From positions 1 through 20,660 of the forward strand of contig CAYVGZ010000021.1 of the NCBI GenBank assembly GCA_964450845.1: DNA of 20,660 bases. Reading direction: 5' to 3'. The notes under the pieces were generated by a model. That model was not told the DNA's origin. It did no database searches and worked only from the letters and a program-made list of their open reading frames with translations. The stretch comes from an uncultured Candidatus Bathyarchaeia archaeon (GTDB lineage: Archaea > Thermoproteota > Bathyarchaeia > Bathyarchaeales > Bathycorpusculaceae). This document shows, piece after piece, positions 16,870 through 20,660 of this stretch. Both the position numbers and the translations under genes were made by a program. Numbering within the stretch: position 1 is the stretch's first letter; the number at the start of each line of letters is the position of its first letter.

Positions 16870-17469
16870 CTATTGTTTATTATACGCTTTTTTCAGTTTT
16901 GGAGTGTAAAAGAATTTTGTGATGAATTCTTTGAAACCTATGTTTCCTGCAAGTGCACCCATTAGAATGCTCATTACGGTTATTTCTATCCATGCTTTTG
17001 GAATGACTATGGGTATCATGAAACTCATTGGTTCTCCTACAACGTATATTACTATGTAGAGAAAATAGAAGATTGTGTAGATGCATTCTGGAATATAGGA
17101 TATGAGTGTTATTGGAATAGTCACGGTGGAAGACCGTGAGCTACTATTTATTTTTAGTCTTTTGTAAAGAAAACCCGCTGTCAAACCAGTCAGGGCTTTT
17201 CCAAATGGTACTCCTATAAGAGAAAGCACTCCAAGCGTGCCTATCACGTAACCAAAATAGTAACCAGCATAAATACCGCTTAGAAACCCAACTATTGCTC
17301 CTACGTAGGGTCCGCCGAAAATTGCCGCTGTAAAAGTTGCGATGTGGGACAGGTCTAACGCTGCTCCGCTTTGACCACCCAAGAATGGTGCAACATTTAC
17401 TGAAATCGCGGAGAGAAGGAGACCTAAAGCACTCGTCATGGCAACAAACGCAGTTTGTTTGGAATCCAT
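16870..17469 (-). CDS. Integral membrane protein, ECF transporter S-component-like (199 aa)
   Basis: About six hydrophobic segments, 'LDLSHIATFTAAIFGGPYVGAIVGFLSG' S-component-type pattern and typical S-component size. Confidence 0.7.
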   Translation of the reverse strand: MDSKQTAFVAMTSALGLLLSAISVNVAPFLGGQSGAALDLSHIATFTAAIFGGPYVGAIVGFLSGIYAGYYFGYVIGTLGVLSLIGVPFGKALTGLTAGFLYKRLKINSSSRSSTVTIPITLISYIPECIYTIFYFLYIVIYVVGEPMSFMIPIVIPKAWIEITVMSILMGALAGNIGFKEFITKFFYTPKLKKAYNKQ

Positions 17470-17564
17470 GGTCTCATCCTGAAATGCAAGGTCACGTTAG
17501 CTCTATTAATTATTTAAGAGTAGCTACTCGAAAAAGAGTACTTGGGCGAACCGCAAAAATAAAT

Positions 17565-18845
17565 ATGGCTTGTGAGAATCTTTTACTGGGAAATTCATTG
17601 TCTGAAATCCTAAAAATTTCTTCAGCTAACGTTAAAAGTTGGCTTGAAAGCGAGACTGGTTCAATTTTTATTCCAGTCCATTCGAAGGCTCAAAAATTGC
17701 TTGATGACATGCGTAAATCTCTCGAAAATCTTGCAGATGCTTCTAAAATGCTTTTGGAAAACAGTGGAAAAGAGATTGAGAAAAGAAATATGAAAACTTA
17801 TGGCAGAGCCAGAGCCTTAAACAAGCTGGCACGCCTATTTCTTGATCGAATTCGCCAGATTGAAGTTCCAGACCAAGTTTCATATGATAGCTTTCGAGCG
17901 TTTGTTCAAGAAACCCAAAAGGCGTTTTTGGTAACTGAAGTTGATGTTAGAAACTGGTTTCCACGGGTTTCTCCCTTCTTCATTCTTGACAGAAGAAAGT
18001 TCCTAATGGTTTTCGAAAAATCCAAAGGATCGTTGAAGGAACTAAATGATTTCCTAACAAAGGAGTATGTTAAAACCAAAACCTTGGAAGAAACATTCCA
18101 AATCATAGACAAGCTCAGAACCCTTGAAGGTCAGATAGCAAACCTGAAGGAGCAAAAAGCAAAAGCAGACAGTGAAAAGGCTTTGCTTGAAATGGAGATT
18201 GCTGAAACACATCAAAAAATGGCTAATTTAAAAAACAAGGGAGTAATAGGTCAACTTAGCCAAATAGGTTTAGAAATAGAAGCGTTAAGCATGGAAGTAA
18301 AACATGGTTTGCGGCATCTTCAAAAACCCTTCATAAAATTGCAGTCGCTAAGCCTTCATGGTGGAGGAAGCGGCTTAACACCAGAAGAATTCAATAAACT
18401 CAACCAATACTTGGAGAACCCTTTCGAAGCCTTTGCAACAGAAGAGGTTGGCTATCCGCTTTTGAAGCAGATTCTCCAAAAGTTAGCCCGCTTATTGGAT
18501 GAGGGAAAGCTAAAACTGAAGACTGATAAAGAGCGAAAAGCGGAACAAGCCATAGACTACATCCTAAACAAAAATTCCTTGACAAGTCTTCACCAAAAAT
18601 GCATCGAATCTATGACACGGAAAAGGCAACTTTCAACATCAGCAGAAGTGGCGGAAACAAAAAGCGACTTGTCAAGGCTTCAGGAACACCTTGAAAGGCT
18701 GGAAAGAAAAAGGGAAAGCATTGAATCAGAACAAAATGCGGTAGAACGTGCCTACAGCGAAACGTTGGAAAAAATCCGGAATCACAAAAACCAAATAGAA
18801 AAGAACATTTTCAGTTTCATGGACAGAAAAGTTCGCATTGAATAA
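17565..18845 (+). CDS. Hypothetical long coiled-coil protein
   Basis: Heptad-rich L/E/K helices throughout; no Walker motifs seen. The ORF-track start (17337) overlaps the opposite-strand gene, so ATG 17565 or TTG 17598 is more plausible. Confidence 0.7.
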   Translation: MACENLLLGNSLSEILKISSANVKSWLESETGSIFIPVHSKAQKLLDDMRKSLENLADASKMLLENSGKEIEKRNMKTYGRARALNKLARLFLDRIRQIEVPDQVSYDSFRAFVQETQKAFLVTEVDVRNWFPRVSPFFILDRRKFLMVFEKSKGSLKELNDFLTKEYVKTKTLEETFQIIDKLRTLEGQIANLKEQKAKADSEKALLEMEIAETHQKMANLKNKGVIGQLSQIGLEIEALSMEVKHGLRHLQKPFIKLQSLSLHGGGSGLTPEEFNKLNQYLENPFEAFATEEVGYPLLKQILQKLARLLDEGKLKLKTDKERKAEQAIDYILNKNSLTSLHQKCIESMTRKRQLSTSAEVAETKSDLSRLQEHLERLERKRESIESEQNAVERAYSETLEKIRNHKNQIEKNIFSFMDRKVRIE

Positions 18846-18861
18846 TTTGAGGCACAGCCTT

Positions 18862-19791
18862 TTGCAAACAGACCTTTCACAAATCGTCAAAAAAGCCCTA
18901 GAAATCCAATGCAGCGAGTTTACCCAGCTGGTTGAAGAAACTGCACATTTGCTTTGCAAGGAAAATGGAAAAGTTGGAAACTTTAACATTTTGGGAAGGT
19001 TCATCAACCTTGAACCTCAAGGCGAAGCATTAATAATTGGCGACTTGCACGGAGACCTCGAAAGCCTAGTTCAAATTCTGAAAGAAAGCAGCTTCCTACA
19101 AAAAATGAACCAAAACACCGATGCAGTTCTAATTTTCCTCGGAGACTACGGCGACCGAGGCGAATACTCAAAAGAAGTCTACTATACAGTCTTAAAAATG
19201 AAACTCCTTTTCCCAAAACAAGTCGTTCTAATGCGCGGAAACCATGAAGGACCAGAAGACCTTATGGCTTCTCCTCATGACTTGCCCTTGGAATTCCAAA
19301 TGAAATTTGGTGAAAAATGGGAAGAATCATACTCAAAAATCCGAGAGTTATTTACATGTCTTTACAATGCCGTGCTGGTTAAACAACGCTACTTGATGGT
19401 TCATGGAGGCTTACCGCCTCAAGCCAAAACAATCGAGGACTTGGCATATGCCAATACCTTACATCCAAAGCAAAGTTTCTTAGAAGACATGCTTTGGAGC
19501 GACCCAGACGAAATAACCAAAGGAACATGCACATCACCAAGAGGTGCAGGTAAACTCTTTGGCGAAGACATAACAAGCCAAGTGCTAAAAAGATTTGACG
19601 CTAAAATCTTAATAAGAGGACATGAACCCTGCGAAGAAGGTTTCAGAATAAACCATAAGGGCAAAGTCTTAACCCTTTTTTCGAGGAAAGGACCACCATA
19701 CTTCAACACCTATGGCGCCTACCTAGAGTTGAAACTTGCTGAAAAACCTGAAAATGCAGAACAACTAATCCCATATATTCAAAAATTCTGA
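18862..19791 (+). CDS. PPP-family serine/threonine protein phosphatase
   Basis: GDLHGD, GDYGDRG, RGNHE, HGG, LWSDP, RGAGKLFG, RGHE and TLFS motifs. TTG 18862 follows GAGG (18849-18852); TTG 18838 is the alternative start. Confidence 0.92.
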   Translation: MQTDLSQIVKKALEIQCSEFTQLVEETAHLLCKENGKVGNFNILGRFINLEPQGEALIIGDLHGDLESLVQILKESSFLQKMNQNTDAVLIFLGDYGDRGEYSKEVYYTVLKMKLLFPKQVVLMRGNHEGPEDLMASPHDLPLEFQMKFGEKWEESYSKIRELFTCLYNAVLVKQRYLMVHGGLPPQAKTIEDLAYANTLHPKQSFLEDMLWSDPDEITKGTCTSPRGAGKLFGEDITSQVLKRFDAKILIRGHEPCEEGFRINHKGKVLTLFSRKGPPYFNTYGAYLELKLAEKPENAEQLIPYIQKF

Positions 19792-19845
19792 GAGTATGGT
19801 TTTTCCTAGCAGGCGGATAGGTTTTTGTGGACTTAGTTTACTCTC

Positions 19846-20469
19846 TCAGTTCCATCCAGATAAAGTAACAAAATTATCTTTAATCTTTTTGCTGTAGTCA
19901 ATTGGTATCACTTTGAAGGTTTTGCTGATTTTAGGTGGCTTTCTGGTTTTTTTGCCATTATGAAAGAATAATAATACATTCTTAATGTTATTGTGCGAAA
20001 TTGCCTTGCAACGTTTCAGAGATTCTGTCAAGATAAATTCAAGATTTGTTGCAAGCAAACTGCCTTTTAAAGGTATAGTTTTACTCTGAATGAGTTTACC
20101 TTTATATTTTTCCCTGAAGTTTTCCCAATGTCCAGAATATTCCTTGTCCCAATGCATCAGATACCATGAGAAAATCTTGTGTCGCCTTTTTTGTTCTTGT
20201 CTAAGCGTGATTCCATCTTTTCCGCGTTCGGAGAGATTGTCCCATTTGCTTTCAATCAAGTAGATGTTTCTGGGAGACACTATTATTGCATCGAACTCTC
20301 CAAAAACTGAATCGCCTTTTCTACTGCGTCTTCCGAAACTTGGGCGATAAAAAGTGAGGCACTTTGAAGGAGCAGTTTTATCTTGAAATTTCTTCAAGAT
20401 TTTTGATGCATGTTGTTTCAAAGCCCACAATGTAAGAGCGTCTTCGCCATACCCCAGTATTGTGCTCAT
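19846..20469 (-). CDS. Hypothetical protein with a PD-(D/E)xK nuclease-like motif
   Basis: 'GEDAL' (candidate motif I Glu) and 'GEFDAIIVSPRNIYLIESKW' (D..ExK). Basic protein. ATG 20469, with GTG 20481 as the alternative start. Confidence 0.5.
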   Translation of the reverse strand: MSTILGYGEDALTLWALKQHASKILKKFQDKTAPSKCLTFYRPSFGRRSRKGDSVFGEFDAIIVSPRNIYLIESKWDNLSERGKDGITLRQEQKRRHKIFSWYLMHWDKEYSGHWENFREKYKGKLIQSKTIPLKGSLLATNLEFILTESLKRCKAISHNNIKNVLLFFHNGKKTRKPPKISKTFKVIPIDYSKKIKDNFVTLSGWN

Positions 20470-20592
20470 TTGAACTACCACTACACTTCATTAACATTTA
20501 CTTTTCTTGGCTTATGTTTTATGAACTCTAAACCCATACTCAAACTACTGCCTGAAAATTCGTGAGTTTGTCATGAAAACATGACTTTCCAA

Positions 20593-20660
20593 TTATTTTT
20601 TGATGAGAAAAACTAGCTCACTTCTGAACTTCAATCGTTGAACAGCCCAATCCTTTTCTT
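20593..20660 (-). CDS. Possible 3' end of a gene truncated by the window edge
   Basis: The only minus frame open from the window edge to 20593 reads EKDWAVQRLKFRSELVFLIKK*. Too short to identify. Confidence 0.3.
   Translation of the reverse strand, partial: EKDWAVQRLKFRSELVFLIKK

Noticed and set aside
17337-17564. N-terminal extension of the 502-aa ORF
   Set aside because: It overlaps the opposite-strand membrane gene and the AT-rich divergent promoter, and the coiled-coil character begins only after about 17598.
20570-20585. GTCATG-AAAA-CATGAC hairpin and nearby 9-18-codon minus-strand ORFs
   Set aside because: A 6-bp stem is within chance expectation, and the tiny ORFs have no convincing RBS or motif.
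1-20660. CRISPR arrays, tRNA/rRNA genes, transposases, integrases
   Set aside because: No regularly spaced direct repeats, no T-loop/cloverleaf signature and no transposase or recombinase motifs were seen. The window is almost fully occupied by protein-coding genes.

Overview
Archaeal chromosomal window, most consistent with a TACK lineage such as Bathyarchaeia. The taxon is inferred from the co-occurrence of a Cdv/ESCRT division locus and H4MPT-type C1 genes and was not checked against a database. Left to right: (1) the 3' end of a Snf7/ESCRT-III gene, then cdvA-cdvB-cdvC (Vps4); (2) a winged-helix regulator and mobB on the minus strand; (3) three diverged Pol-beta-fold nucleotidyltransferase paralogues (COG1665-like), an ECF S-component-like membrane protein and an archaeal CitG homologue; (4) an ABC-2 exporter pair; (5) a fwdD-B-A-C-mch operon; (6) a second S-component-like protein; (7) a coiled-coil protein coupled to a PPP Ser/Thr phosphatase; (8) an orphan PD-(D/E)xK-like protein. 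I found no tRNA, rRNA, CRISPR array or mobile element. The most interesting hypothesis is that the CitG homologue and the nucleotidyltransferases act like the CitG/CitX (MdcB/MdcG) pair and build the phosphoribosyl tail of a methanopterin-type C1 carrier. Other notable points: CdvA carries a MIM2-like motif, cdvB appears to start at a non-canonical codon, and FwdB has a roughly 44-aa basic insertion.
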